Assembly: GCA_046497275.1 (NCBI GenBank)
Contig: JAWOFX010000053.1
Span: forward strand, 22,124 to 54,123
Length of the DNA stretch: 32,000 nt
Direction: 5' to 3'
From: Promethearchaeia archaeon
Lineage (GTDB): Archaea > Asgardarchaeota > Lokiarchaeia > Sigyniarchaeales > SOKP01
The position numbers and the translations under genes were made by a program. This document shows, in pieces, positions 18,196 to 27,078 of the stretch; position 1 is the first letter of the stretch, and every line of letters begins with the position of its first letter. The notes beneath the pieces are model-generated. The model did no database searches and was not told the DNA's origin. It saw nothing but the letters and a program-made list of their open reading frames with translations.

Positions 18196-19676
18196 AATTC
18201 CGTTGAACCCTCCTTAAATTCTTTTAATCGAACATCTTTTGTTTTAGCCATCAATAGATTTGTATCTTCCCCTTTTTTTGTGATTGCTTGGTATGGTAAA
18301 TGAAGCTCTCTGGATAATATCTCCATTACACGAGGACGACAGAATCCTCCTTGGCATCTGCCCATACCCGGTCTACACCGAAATTTTATTCCATCAACAG
18401 TTGTTGCTCCAACAGGAGAATGGATAGCATTTAAGATCTCTGCTTCTGGGATTGTTTCGCATCTACATATAATTCGTCCCCAGGCAGGGTTCTCTTTGAC
18501 TTTTTTATCTAACTCTTTTTTAGTCATATCAGCAAGGCGTTCTGGCTTGGGTCTATTAGGATTATAGTCCTCTTTTTCTTTTAACTGAACACCTAATAAT
18601 TCCAAGAAATCTAAGACTTTTTCTGCGATCGCTAAAGATGATGTTAATCCTGGAGATAAAATACCTGCTACATTAATGAATCCATAGATATCAGTATTAT
18701 CAATTATAAAATCATATGTATCAGGTACAGCACGAAGTCCAGCAAAATTTCGAATAGACGCCCTTAAAGGCAATTTTGGCACCAGATCCCTTCCACCTTC
18801 TAAAACTTCTTTTAAACCAGCTGTTGTCGTTGCAGTATCTTCTTTATCTGTAATATTTTGAGCGTTAGGTCCCGCAAAAGTATTTCCGTGTAATGTTGGA
18901 CAAACAAGAATACCTTTTGAGATCTTCGTGGGAACTGGAAATAAGATTTTATTCAATTGAAGCATATTTCGATCAAATAACACATATTCTCCCTTTCTAG
19001 GCATAATATCAAAATAATCTAACCCTAACATCTTAGAAATCTTTCCTGCATAAATTCCAGCACAATTAATTACATTTCGCCCTTTAAATTCCCCTCTTTT
19101 GGTGGTAACAGTGAATACATAATCTCTATGATTAATCTTAATTACTTCATTATTTCTAAAAAATTTCACGCCATTCATAGCTGCATTTTCAGCCAATGCA
19201 AATGTGAATTCATATGGACTGACGAGCCCTGCAGTTGGGGCATGCAGAACACCTATAACATCATCTGTGATATTTGGCTCCATTTTTTTAATCCTATCCT
19301 TATCAAGAATGAGTTCTAATCCATGAATTCCATCTTCAATTCCTTTTTTTCGATCTTCATCTAAATCTTTTATTTGACCGGGTTCTACCGCAACCACAAA
19401 AGATCCAATTCTTTTAAATGGAAAATTTAGTTCTTTAGCTGCTTGAGTAAATAACTTATTTCCACGAATACATAAATCTCTTTTAACAAATCTTCTATCA
19501 GAAGCGTATCCTGCATGCACCACTCCAGAATTCCCTTTAGTTGTCCCCATTGATATATCCGCTTCTTTCTCTAAGAGACACACTTTCAAATCATATTTAC
19601 ATAATGCTCTCGCTATACTGCATCCGATAACTCCGCCGCCAATGATGATTATATCATATTCTTCTGATGATGACAT
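18192..19676 (-). CDS. FAD-dependent oxidoreductase with BFD-like [2Fe-2S] tail (glycerol-3-phosphate dehydrogenase GlpA / L-2-hydroxyglutarate oxidase-like)
   Basis: IGGGVIG, TTKGNSGVVHAG, PRKGEY, FAGLRA and SPGLTSS motifs; C-terminal ICRCE...GMGRCQGGFC. Confidence 0.85.
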   Translation of the reverse strand: MSSSEEYDIIIIGGGVIGCSIARALCKYDLKVCLLEKEADISMGTTKGNSGVVHAGYASDRRFVKRDLCIRGNKLFTQAAKELNFPFKRIGSFVVAVEPGQIKDLDEDRKKGIEDGIHGLELILDKDRIKKMEPNITDDVIGVLHAPTAGLVSPYEFTFALAENAAMNGVKFFRNNEVIKINHRDYVFTVTTKRGEFKGRNVINCAGIYAGKISKMLGLDYFDIMPRKGEYVLFDRNMLQLNKILFPVPTKISKGILVCPTLHGNTFAGPNAQNITDKEDTATTTAGLKEVLEGGRDLVPKLPLRASIRNFAGLRAVPDTYDFIIDNTDIYGFINVAGILSPGLTSSLAIAEKVLDFLELLGVQLKEKEDYNPNRPKPERLADMTKKELDKKVKENPAWGRIICRCETIPEAEILNAIHSPVGATTVDGIKFRCRPGMGRCQGGFCRPRVMEILSRELHLPYQAITKKGEDTNLLMAKTKDVRLKEFKEGSTEL

Positions 19677-19913
19677 AATATTAGAAACTTAGTGGTTAGT
19701 AATTTTAATTATGATATACAAACTTCTTAATTTAATTAATTAAATAATAAGAAATCTTTAAATTTATTTAATAAAATGGAATAACTACCATTTCATTTAG
19801 AATCTCAAAAAAGAAGGATATCTCTGAGTTTTTTTGTGAACGAGAATAAGAAATTTCCTTATTTAATAATTATAAATTACTAAATAGAAGTAATGTCTAG
19901 AATTTTACGTATT

Positions 19914-20219
19914 TTACAATAAATATTGTAAACTAAACCATATTATATTAAACACGATTGTTATTATAACAAGAGCTTTAGTAATAGGATTAAACATCGT
20001 ATTTTTTATCGAATGATTAACTTTATGTTCAAGCTCAGCTTTAATCATTCTTTCAAGAGATGGATCGTTTTGCATATTCTCTTTATTCATATGAATAGAT
20101 CCTAAAAATCGAGGATGAGACAAATTCTTAATAAAATTATCCAAATCCTTGGAAGAAAGTAGATTTATTCTTATATTTTCTTTTCCGGCTTCAGTTTTAT
20201 TAATTTCAGTTTCTTTCAT
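19914..20219 (-). CDS. Small protein with a single C-terminal TM helix (tail-anchored topology)
   Basis: Hydrophilic N-terminal ~80 aa, then ALVIITIVFNIIWFSLQYLL at the extreme C-terminus. Confidence 0.65.
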   Translation of the reverse strand: MKETEINKTEAGKENIRINLLSSKDLDNFIKNLSHPRFLGSIHMNKENMQNDPSLERMIKAELEHKVNHSIKNTMFNPITKALVIITIVFNIIWFSLQYLL

Positions 20220-20328
20220 ATGTAGGGTTTCATAAAAAATTCAATTAATCTTAATATATTTTAATTGTTTTAATCTTAAATTTCTTTTTATTATAAAACA
20301 GAAAAAAATGAGAAAACCTTTAATGACA

Positions 20329-20739
20329 TTACCAAAAAGCTTTTTTAAATTTTTTAACTGTGTCTTGTAAGGAATTTTTTATCTTTTCTTCAAATTCAGA
20401 AAAAATCGAAACATCTCCATCCCATTTCTCCAATTTATCAGAATAAACTTCAAAAAATTTATCAGAGATATTAGAAAGTTCTTGATTTATTCGTTTATCT
20501 TTTTCTTCAAGATCCGCATTAGCAACAAATAAAATTTCATTTTTTTTTATGATGCTAAATTTGATATCGCTTAATTCAAAACTTGAAATCCCTCCATCTG
20601 CGATTTGCTCAGCGAATTTGTTAATTGCAGACATGATTGCTCCGAATAATTGCTCATTTACTTTAGGGTTATAAACACGACTGTACATAGTAATTCCATC
20701 ACTACTTAATATCCAAAGATCTCTGAGTATTTTTCCCAT
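20329..20739 (-). CDS. Stand-alone longin-like domain protein (Asgard eukaryotic-signature type)
   Basis: LWILSSDGITMYS strand-turn-strand, helix LFGAIMSAINKFAEQI, three-strand sheet, helix ELSNISDKFFEVY and WDGDVSIFSEF tail. This is the pattern of Asgard longin/adaptin sigma-like domains. Confidence 0.75.
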   Translation of the reverse strand: MGKILRDLWILSSDGITMYSRVYNPKVNEQLFGAIMSAINKFAEQIADGGISSFELSDIKFSIIKKNEILFVANADLEEKDKRINQELSNISDKFFEVYSDKLEKWDGDVSIFSEFEEKIKNSLQDTVKKFKKAFW

Positions 20740-20888
20740 CTATCTAAATAACCCTTATAATATACTTTTCTTTTTACTAATCAACATAAAATAAATAACA
20801 TTTTAGTTTTAAATATTTATTTTAGGAATTAATAAATGTTTTTATCCCTGAATTGTGTCAAGAAATATTTAGTAAAAGTGGAACAATA

Positions 20889-21773
20889 GTGAAATGGAAA
20901 ACTAAATTTACAGAGATAACAAAAACTCGCTATCCAGTAATAATGGGAGCATTTGCAGGATTAGGAAGAGCAGAATTTGCTGCTTCTTTTTCAAATGCTG
21001 GAGGATTAGGAATAATCACGGCATTGAATTTTAATACTCCAGAAAGATTCAAAAAAGAATTAAAATCGATGAAAAATCTAACCAAAAATCCTTTTGGAGT
21101 AAATTTCACTATAGCCCCTCCAATGATGGCAGAAAAAAATCCCAAAGCGCGAACAGAAGAAACTTATTTTGAATTTCTAGAGATAGCTATTGATTTGGGG
21201 GTGAATATTTTTACAACTTCTGCTTATCAAGCAACTCAATTAGGACAACGTATCCATGATCATGGAGGGTATTGGTTTCATAAATGCGCGATTATGGATC
21301 ATGCAATTTCAGCAGAAAAAGCAGGTGCAGATATGATTACATTAGTAGGGGTAGAGGGAACAGGATTTAAAAACCCTCTACAGCAAAGTACTTTGGTTAA
21401 TATTACAATGGGAATTAAATTATTAAATATCCCTCTAATCGCAGCGGGTGGGATTGGAGATGCACATGGTGTTTTAGCATCCCTAATGATGGGAGCTTCA
21501 GCAGTATGTTTTGGCACAGCACTTATGGCTACAGAGGAGTGTCCTGCCTCGGAAAAAATAAAAAGAAGATTAATAAATCAAGATATATTTGAGGAGGCCT
21601 ATTATCAGCAAATTTATCATCATCAGTTAAAAGATAAAAGTATTTGGAGTCCAGCTGCTGGTCTTATAGATAAAGTAATTCCAATGAATAAATTTATTAA
21701 TTCCATTTTTGAGAATGCTGAAAATATATTAAGGAAATATGGTTTCAAGGGAGATGAGTTTAATACATTATAG
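20889..21773 (+). CDS. Nitronate monooxygenase / FabK-like FMN oxidoreductase
   Basis: YPVIMG, FSNAGGLG, PFGVN, EGTG and PLIAAGGIGDAHG...MGASAVCFGT motifs. GTG at 20889 (MKWKTKFTE) preferred over the track's TTG at 20853. Confidence 0.85.
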   Translation: MKWKTKFTEITKTRYPVIMGAFAGLGRAEFAASFSNAGGLGIITALNFNTPERFKKELKSMKNLTKNPFGVNFTIAPPMMAEKNPKARTEETYFEFLEIAIDLGVNIFTTSAYQATQLGQRIHDHGGYWFHKCAIMDHAISAEKAGADMITLVGVEGTGFKNPLQQSTLVNITMGIKLLNIPLIAAGGIGDAHGVLASLMMGASAVCFGTALMATEECPASEKIKRRLINQDIFEEAYYQQIYHHQLKDKSIWSPAAGLIDKVIPMNKFINSIFENAENILRKYGFKGDEFNTL

Positions 21774-21845
21774 AGAATAATAACTAAAATTTTTAATTCT
21801 GATTCTTTTTTAACACTAAGTAATGTTTAGTATTTATCAAATTTT

Positions 21846-23585
21846 ATGAGATCATCTTATAAAGCCATATCTAAGGATTTATCAAATGAATTCAAAGAAA
21901 TAGTTGGGGAAGAAAATCATTATGATGAATTCGAAATTAGATGGTGTTATGCATTTGGGGGCACTATTTTTGAGAGAGAATGGATACCGGAATTGGTTTT
22001 AACCCCCGACACAAAATTTCAGATATCTAAGATTTTGAAGTTAGCAAATAAAGAGAAGATACCATTAACCGCTCGAGGAAGCGGTACTAGTTTATCTGGA
22101 GGTCCCATGACACCCTATCAGGGAATTGTATTAGACCTTTCTAAAATGAATAAAATACTCAAAATAGATATTGAAAATAACTTAGTAGAAGTAGAGCCAG
22201 GTGTTATATGTGACGAACTTAATGAAGATTTAAAAAAATTTAATTATTTTTTTCCACCAGATCCAGGCTCATCTTCCGTAGCTACCTTAGGAGGGATGGT
22301 TGCAACAAATGCCGGAGGGATTCAAGCTTTTAAATATGGAGTCACTAAGCAATATGTTATGTATCTTGAAGTGGTATTAGCAAATGGTGAGATTTTAGAA
22401 TTAGGAACGGATGTCCTTAAATCTGTCTCTTCTTATAATTTAAAAGATTTATTTATTAATTCTGAAGGTACTTTAGGGATAATAACTAGGATTGGATTGA
22501 GAATTCGACCCCTCCCTCATTTTAGAAAATTAGGATTATTTATTTTTGATGAAATTCAAAACCTTGCAAAAGCAGCAATTGATATTAGAAAAAGTGGAAT
22601 AATCCCAAATCTGTTAGAATTTATGGACAAAGTAATTTTAGAAGCCGTAACAGATTATTTAGGTGGGGAATTTTATGATTTCCCAAATGGTTATGTTTTG
22701 CTTGCAGAAGTGGATGGAGAATATAAAGAACAAGTTGATAAAGAATTCTCAGATTTGTATAAAATCGTGATGACTCAAAATCCAAAATTTAATAAAATAG
22801 CGAAAAATGAAAATGAAAGAGAGAGATTAATTCAAGCGAGAAAAGCTAATCTTCCGGCATTATCAAGAATCTCTCCAACATGTTGTGTAGAGGATTGTAC
22901 AATTCAAGTTACAAATTTTTCCGATGTAATAAAAAGAATTGAAGAAATTCCAGAAAAGATAAATTCTGACAACCTTAAAATGGCAATTATTTGTCATATG
23001 GAAGGAAACCTACATCCAACATTCTTATTTAATGAAAATAATCCGAATGATGTAAAAGATTTTGAAAAAGCAATAGATTATCTCTATAAGGAAATTATAA
23101 TTCCTGTTGGAGGATCTATAACAGGAGAACATGGAATTGGAAAGATCAAAACTCCTTATATGGAACTTTCTGAAGGAAAAGATGTAGTGCAAAAGATGAC
23201 TGAAATAAAAAAATTATTCGATCCAAATTTAATTCTTAATCCAGGGATAGGAAAAGGGGATAAAAGAAGAATAAAAAAGGTAAGTATTGAACGAAAATTA
23301 AAAAATCAACAAGATAAAATTTTAGAATTAAAATGCATGCGTTGCGGATTTTGCTTAACCACATGTCCATCTCGGAAAACTTTTTTTACCGAAGCTTATA
23401 GTCCTCGAGGGAGATTAAGTATATTAAATGGATTAGTATATGGAGATTTAAAACCAAATCAATTAATAAATGATATCCTTCATACATGTACCTTATGTGG
23501 AATTTGTCTTGAGAAATGTCCTTCTGGAGTTCAGACATATGAGATATTCGAAAAAGCAAGAGAGATATTACATAAAAATGAGTGA
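21846..23585 (+). CDS. FAD-linked D-2-hydroxyacid (D-lactate/glycolate, GlcD-like) dehydrogenase with fused C-terminal 2x[4Fe-4S] domain
   Basis: ARGSGTSLSGG, FPPDPGS, TLGGMVATNAGG, EGTLG, GNLHP and GEHGIG motifs; C-terminal CMRCGFCLTTCP...PRGR...CTLCGICLEKCP. Confidence 0.9.
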   Translation: MRSSYKAISKDLSNEFKEIVGEENHYDEFEIRWCYAFGGTIFEREWIPELVLTPDTKFQISKILKLANKEKIPLTARGSGTSLSGGPMTPYQGIVLDLSKMNKILKIDIENNLVEVEPGVICDELNEDLKKFNYFFPPDPGSSSVATLGGMVATNAGGIQAFKYGVTKQYVMYLEVVLANGEILELGTDVLKSVSSYNLKDLFINSEGTLGIITRIGLRIRPLPHFRKLGLFIFDEIQNLAKAAIDIRKSGIIPNLLEFMDKVILEAVTDYLGGEFYDFPNGYVLLAEVDGEYKEQVDKEFSDLYKIVMTQNPKFNKIAKNENERERLIQARKANLPALSRISPTCCVEDCTIQVTNFSDVIKRIEEIPEKINSDNLKMAIICHMEGNLHPTFLFNENNPNDVKDFEKAIDYLYKEIIIPVGGSITGEHGIGKIKTPYMELSEGKDVVQKMTEIKKLFDPNLILNPGIGKGDKRRIKKVSIERKLKNQQDKILELKCMRCGFCLTTCPSRKTFFTEAYSPRGRLSILNGLVYGDLKPNQLINDILHTCTLCGICLEKCPSGVQTYEIFEKAREILHKNE

Positions 23586-24876
23586 TTTAAAAAAAATAGT
23601 ATTAGATTATGGAAAAGATGGATTAGAAGTACCCTTAGATCCAGACTGGGATGTTGATATCATAAAACCAATTCATCAAGAGCCTATAGAAGAACCGATC
23701 AAAGCACTTCAATCTGCTATAAGGAATCCCATTAATTCCAATTCCTTAGAAAAAATTGTTCAAAATAAAGGGGAGATTAATAGAGTGTGTATAGTCGTAA
23801 GTGATGCGACTCGTCCAGTTCCATCCCATCTTATTCTGGATGCACTTATTAAGGAATTAAATGAATACGGGGTAAAAGATGAAAGGATCAATATTTTAAT
23901 AGCAACTGGTCTACATCGTAAAACAAGAAACGAGGAAAAAGAAAGGATAATTGGAGAAGAATTATTAGGCCGAGTAAATATTATAGACCATATTGCAACA
24001 GATGATTCATTATTTTCAGATTTAGGCAAAACATCTGATAGTGATCCGATTTTAATTAATAAATTCTATATTAACAGCGATCTTAAAATAATAACGGGAT
24101 ATGTTGAACCACACTTCTTTTTTGGTTTTTCTGGGGGTAGAAAGTCGATAGTTCCAGGAATATCCGGAGAGGGAACAATCCTTAGTAATCATTCTGCGAA
24201 AAATATTCATTCACAGTATGCTAGATTTGGTGTTTATGAAGAGAATCCAATGCATAAACTTGCGATGGAGATCGTTAAAAAAGTGGGAGTTGATTTTATG
24301 GTTAATGTGTGCATTAATGAGCATCATAAAATTATAAAAATAGCTACTGGTGATTATATTAAAGCTCATGAAAACCTGGTTGAATATCAAAAAAACAAAG
24401 TATTTGAAGAAATTGATTCCCCCTATGATATCGTAATTTGTGGAAATGGAGGATATCCACTTGATTTAAATTTATATCAAGCAGTAAAAAGTATGGCAAT
24501 AGGAGAAATGGCTGTAAAACAGGGGGGAACTATTATTTCTGTAAATGAATTATCAGATGGAATTGGTATTAGTCAAGATAATTTTAAAAATTTAATTTTT
24601 TCTGGGATGAATCCAGAGGAGATTTATGAAAAAATTCTCAAAAGAGAGATTGATGTTCCTGATTTATGGGAAATAATGGTACTTGTTAGAGTTCTAATGA
24701 AAGCAGATATTTTTGTGATTTCCAGTTTAAAACGAGAAGATCTCGGTAATATAGGTTTACGATATGCGAGTAATGTACGTAGTGCTATTCAAAGTAGCTT
24801 AGAAAAATATGGAAAAGACGCAAAAATACTTATCCTACCTAATGGCCCACAAATTTTACCAAAATTAAGAGCTTAA
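23578..24876 (+). CDS. larA: Nickel-pincer-dependent lactate racemase LarA family
   Basis: VSDATRP, IATGLHR, DH, EPHFFFGFSGGRKS, NHS and YQAVK motifs. True start is likely ATG 23578 (MSDLKKIVLDYG), overlapping the upstream gene by 8 bp. Confidence 0.88.
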   Translation: MSDLKKIVLDYGKDGLEVPLDPDWDVDIIKPIHQEPIEEPIKALQSAIRNPINSNSLEKIVQNKGEINRVCIVVSDATRPVPSHLILDALIKELNEYGVKDERINILIATGLHRKTRNEEKERIIGEELLGRVNIIDHIATDDSLFSDLGKTSDSDPILINKFYINSDLKIITGYVEPHFFFGFSGGRKSIVPGISGEGTILSNHSAKNIHSQYARFGVYEENPMHKLAMEIVKKVGVDFMVNVCINEHHKIIKIATGDYIKAHENLVEYQKNKVFEEIDSPYDIVICGNGGYPLDLNLYQAVKSMAIGEMAVKQGGTIISVNELSDGIGISQDNFKNLIFSGMNPEEIYEKILKREIDVPDLWEIMVLVRVLMKADIFVISSLKREDLGNIGLRYASNVRSAIQSSLEKYGKDAKILILPNGPQILPKLRA

Positions 24877-25167
24877 TTAAATAAATGCGAAAATTATATT
24901 ATTAGCGGAAACTATTATTATTAAAAAATTAATAGCAGTTTTATATTGTAAGAATAATATTACTCAATCCCAGATGTTTCCCATTATTTGTCTGTTCTAA
25001 CTAAGGTAACATTCAAAAAGTGATTAAAATTTTAAATAAGAGTATATCTTAAAATGGTAATATGCATTGAATGGAAAAAATGAATTGAAATCTTACAATT
25101 ACTATATTTATATTTTTTATAAATTTCTGCTTATTCGAACTTTCCTATGTAAGAAAAACGAACTATC

Positions 25168-25183
25168 AAAGTAAGTTTATATC
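25168..25183 (+). promoter_or_regulatory. Candidate BRE/TATA for tfb
   Basis: Purine-rich AAAGTAAG followed by TTTATATC about 40 bp upstream of ATG 25221. Confidence 0.35.
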
Positions 25184-25220
25184 AAAATGCATCGAATCTT
25201 TGAAAAAAAGGATAAAAAAT

Positions 25221-26150
25221 ATGACAAATAATTATAAAGATCGATTAAAAAGTAAGAAGGAGGGGAATAATGATAAAAAGGAGATCCCTCAATGCTGTGA
25301 AAATCCATGCATCGAACGAAAAGATGGAAATTATGTTTGTTTAAACTGTGGGATGATCTTTGGGCGTGATTTTGTCGGAAATGAGAGGCGCGCCTATACT
25401 GCTGAGGAAGTCAATAAAAGAAGAAGAACTGAACCACGATGGAGAGAATTTGGACCACGGACAATGTTGCCTAATTCTAAAACCGATTCGAAAGGACGTT
25501 TGATTGGAGCAAAAGGAAAAACTCTTTTCTCTCGTTTATCAAAAATCCAAAACTCACTAATTTCAAGTATTGAGCGGAACTTCTGGGAAGCAAAACCGAA
25601 ATTAAAAATGCTTTGTTCAAAATTGAATATTCCTGAATATATTAAAGAAACAGCGTGGAAGATTTATTCGGTTGTTGCGAAAAAGAAGCTCACTATGGGA
25701 AGATCGATTGATGGCTTTATCGCAGCAGCTTTATATGCTGCAATTAGGGTACATGAATTTCCACGTCTAATGGAGGAAGTCTGTGAAGCGGCTATGACTC
25801 CAAGAAGAACTGTCCATCGTTCATTAGCTATGATTGTAAAAGATGTACTTCCATTAATTGGACTAAAATATAAACCCATAACTGCAGAACAATTAGTATT
25901 TAGATTCGGTAATGATCTGAACCTACCCATGGAAGTTCAGAAAAAAGCTATTGGGTATTTAATTAATGCGTCAAAAAATGGTCTCATGCGAACAGGCAAG
26001 GATCCTAAAGGACTTGCTGCGAGTGTTATCTATATGGCAGCAAAATCTACCAATTTAAGGAGGACTCAAGCAGAAGTGAGTGAAATAGCCAAGATAACGG
26101 AAGTGACACTAAGAAGTCGTTCAAAACAAATAAAAAGTCGTTTAAAATAA
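25221..26150 (+). CDS. tfb: Transcription initiation factor IIB (TFB)
   Basis: Zn ribbon CCENP...VCLNCG, B-reader GNERRAY, two cyclin folds (KETAWKIY...MGRS...AAALYAAIR; GKDPKGLAASVIY) and the HTH RTQAEVSEIAKITEVTLRSR. ATG 25221 preferred over TTG 25200. Confidence 0.95.
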   Translation: MTNNYKDRLKSKKEGNNDKKEIPQCCENPCIERKDGNYVCLNCGMIFGRDFVGNERRAYTAEEVNKRRRTEPRWREFGPRTMLPNSKTDSKGRLIGAKGKTLFSRLSKIQNSLISSIERNFWEAKPKLKMLCSKLNIPEYIKETAWKIYSVVAKKKLTMGRSIDGFIAAALYAAIRVHEFPRLMEEVCEAAMTPRRTVHRSLAMIVKDVLPLIGLKYKPITAEQLVFRFGNDLNLPMEVQKKAIGYLINASKNGLMRTGKDPKGLAASVIYMAAKSTNLRRTQAEVSEIAKITEVTLRSRSKQIKSRLK

Positions 26151-26296
26151 TCATTTTTCATTTTATATTAATCAATCTACTCATTTAATTTGAATTTTGT
26201 TTGAAATTATTAGTTCAATAATTGTGTTTTATATTCTCTATTTTCTCTAAAATGTTATTTAATTAAAAATAAATAATGCTATTTTTATTATATTTA

Positions 26297-27031
26297 ATGA
26301 TGTCGTATATTGAGAAAAAATATCTCAGAAAAATCTATGATACATTTGATGAACTTACCAGAATTGATGAAACACTTTTAGAACTCATAGAATATAGATC
26401 AATTAATAAGGCAGATGAGATCGCGAAGAGTTTAGCGAATCTAAATAAAAAAATAAATCTTATTCTCCGGCAATATTATCCCGAAATAAAAGAAATGGAG
26501 GAAAAATTAAAAATTAAATCTCGTTTGAAATTTTATTATGATTTACTTGATAAATTAACTGATTTTATCCGAAATGTAGAAAATTTTCGAAGCTTAGATG
26601 ACAAGTATTATCAATTTCTCATAGATTTCATTCAAGAAAGGGAACAATTAATTGATAATAAATATAAAGGAATTGTTACAAGAGAATTAACGAGTTTTTA
26701 TGATAAAAAATCACGGGATAATTTAGAGAAGATATTAGAATCAAAACTTAAACTACGAGATAGGGAATATTTTACTTTTGGAAGTTTAGAACAAGAATTG
26801 AAGAAGATTTCTGGAGCGGAATCCTTGTTAATTAAATCTGCTGATCCTCACCATAAGGAAATTTTAGACTCCGCAGAAACTATTATTATAATAAAAACTC
26901 AAGAATCTTTTGAAAAAGGAAATTTATATATTGTCTTAAACCAATTGAAGAGTTTCTTAGAGTCTAAGGGTTATGAAGTGGAAATCAATCAAAATTTCCT
27001 TATTACTAATGTTAAATTTTTTATAGATTAA
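26297..27031 (+). CDS. Hypothetical protein (helical N-terminal part, alpha/beta C-terminal part)
   Basis: Long open frame with protein-like composition; no family recognised. Start is uncertain (26276, 26297 or 26300). Confidence 0.65.
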   Translation: MMSYIEKKYLRKIYDTFDELTRIDETLLELIEYRSINKADEIAKSLANLNKKINLILRQYYPEIKEMEEKLKIKSRLKFYYDLLDKLTDFIRNVENFRSLDDKYYQFLIDFIQEREQLIDNKYKGIVTRELTSFYDKKSRDNLEKILESKLKLRDREYFTFGSLEQELKKISGAESLLIKSADPHHKEILDSAETIIIIKTQESFEKGNLYIVLNQLKSFLESKGYEVEINQNFLITNVKFFID

Positions 27032-27078
27032 ACAGATTAATAAGTTTTATATAGTGGGAGATTTTGGAAAATATTTTT

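Noticed and set aside
19803-19838. Possible hairpin CTCAAAAAAG...GATATC...GAGTTTTTTTG
   Set aside because: Pairing is mostly A/T runs with a mismatched core; not enough for an ncRNA or operator call.
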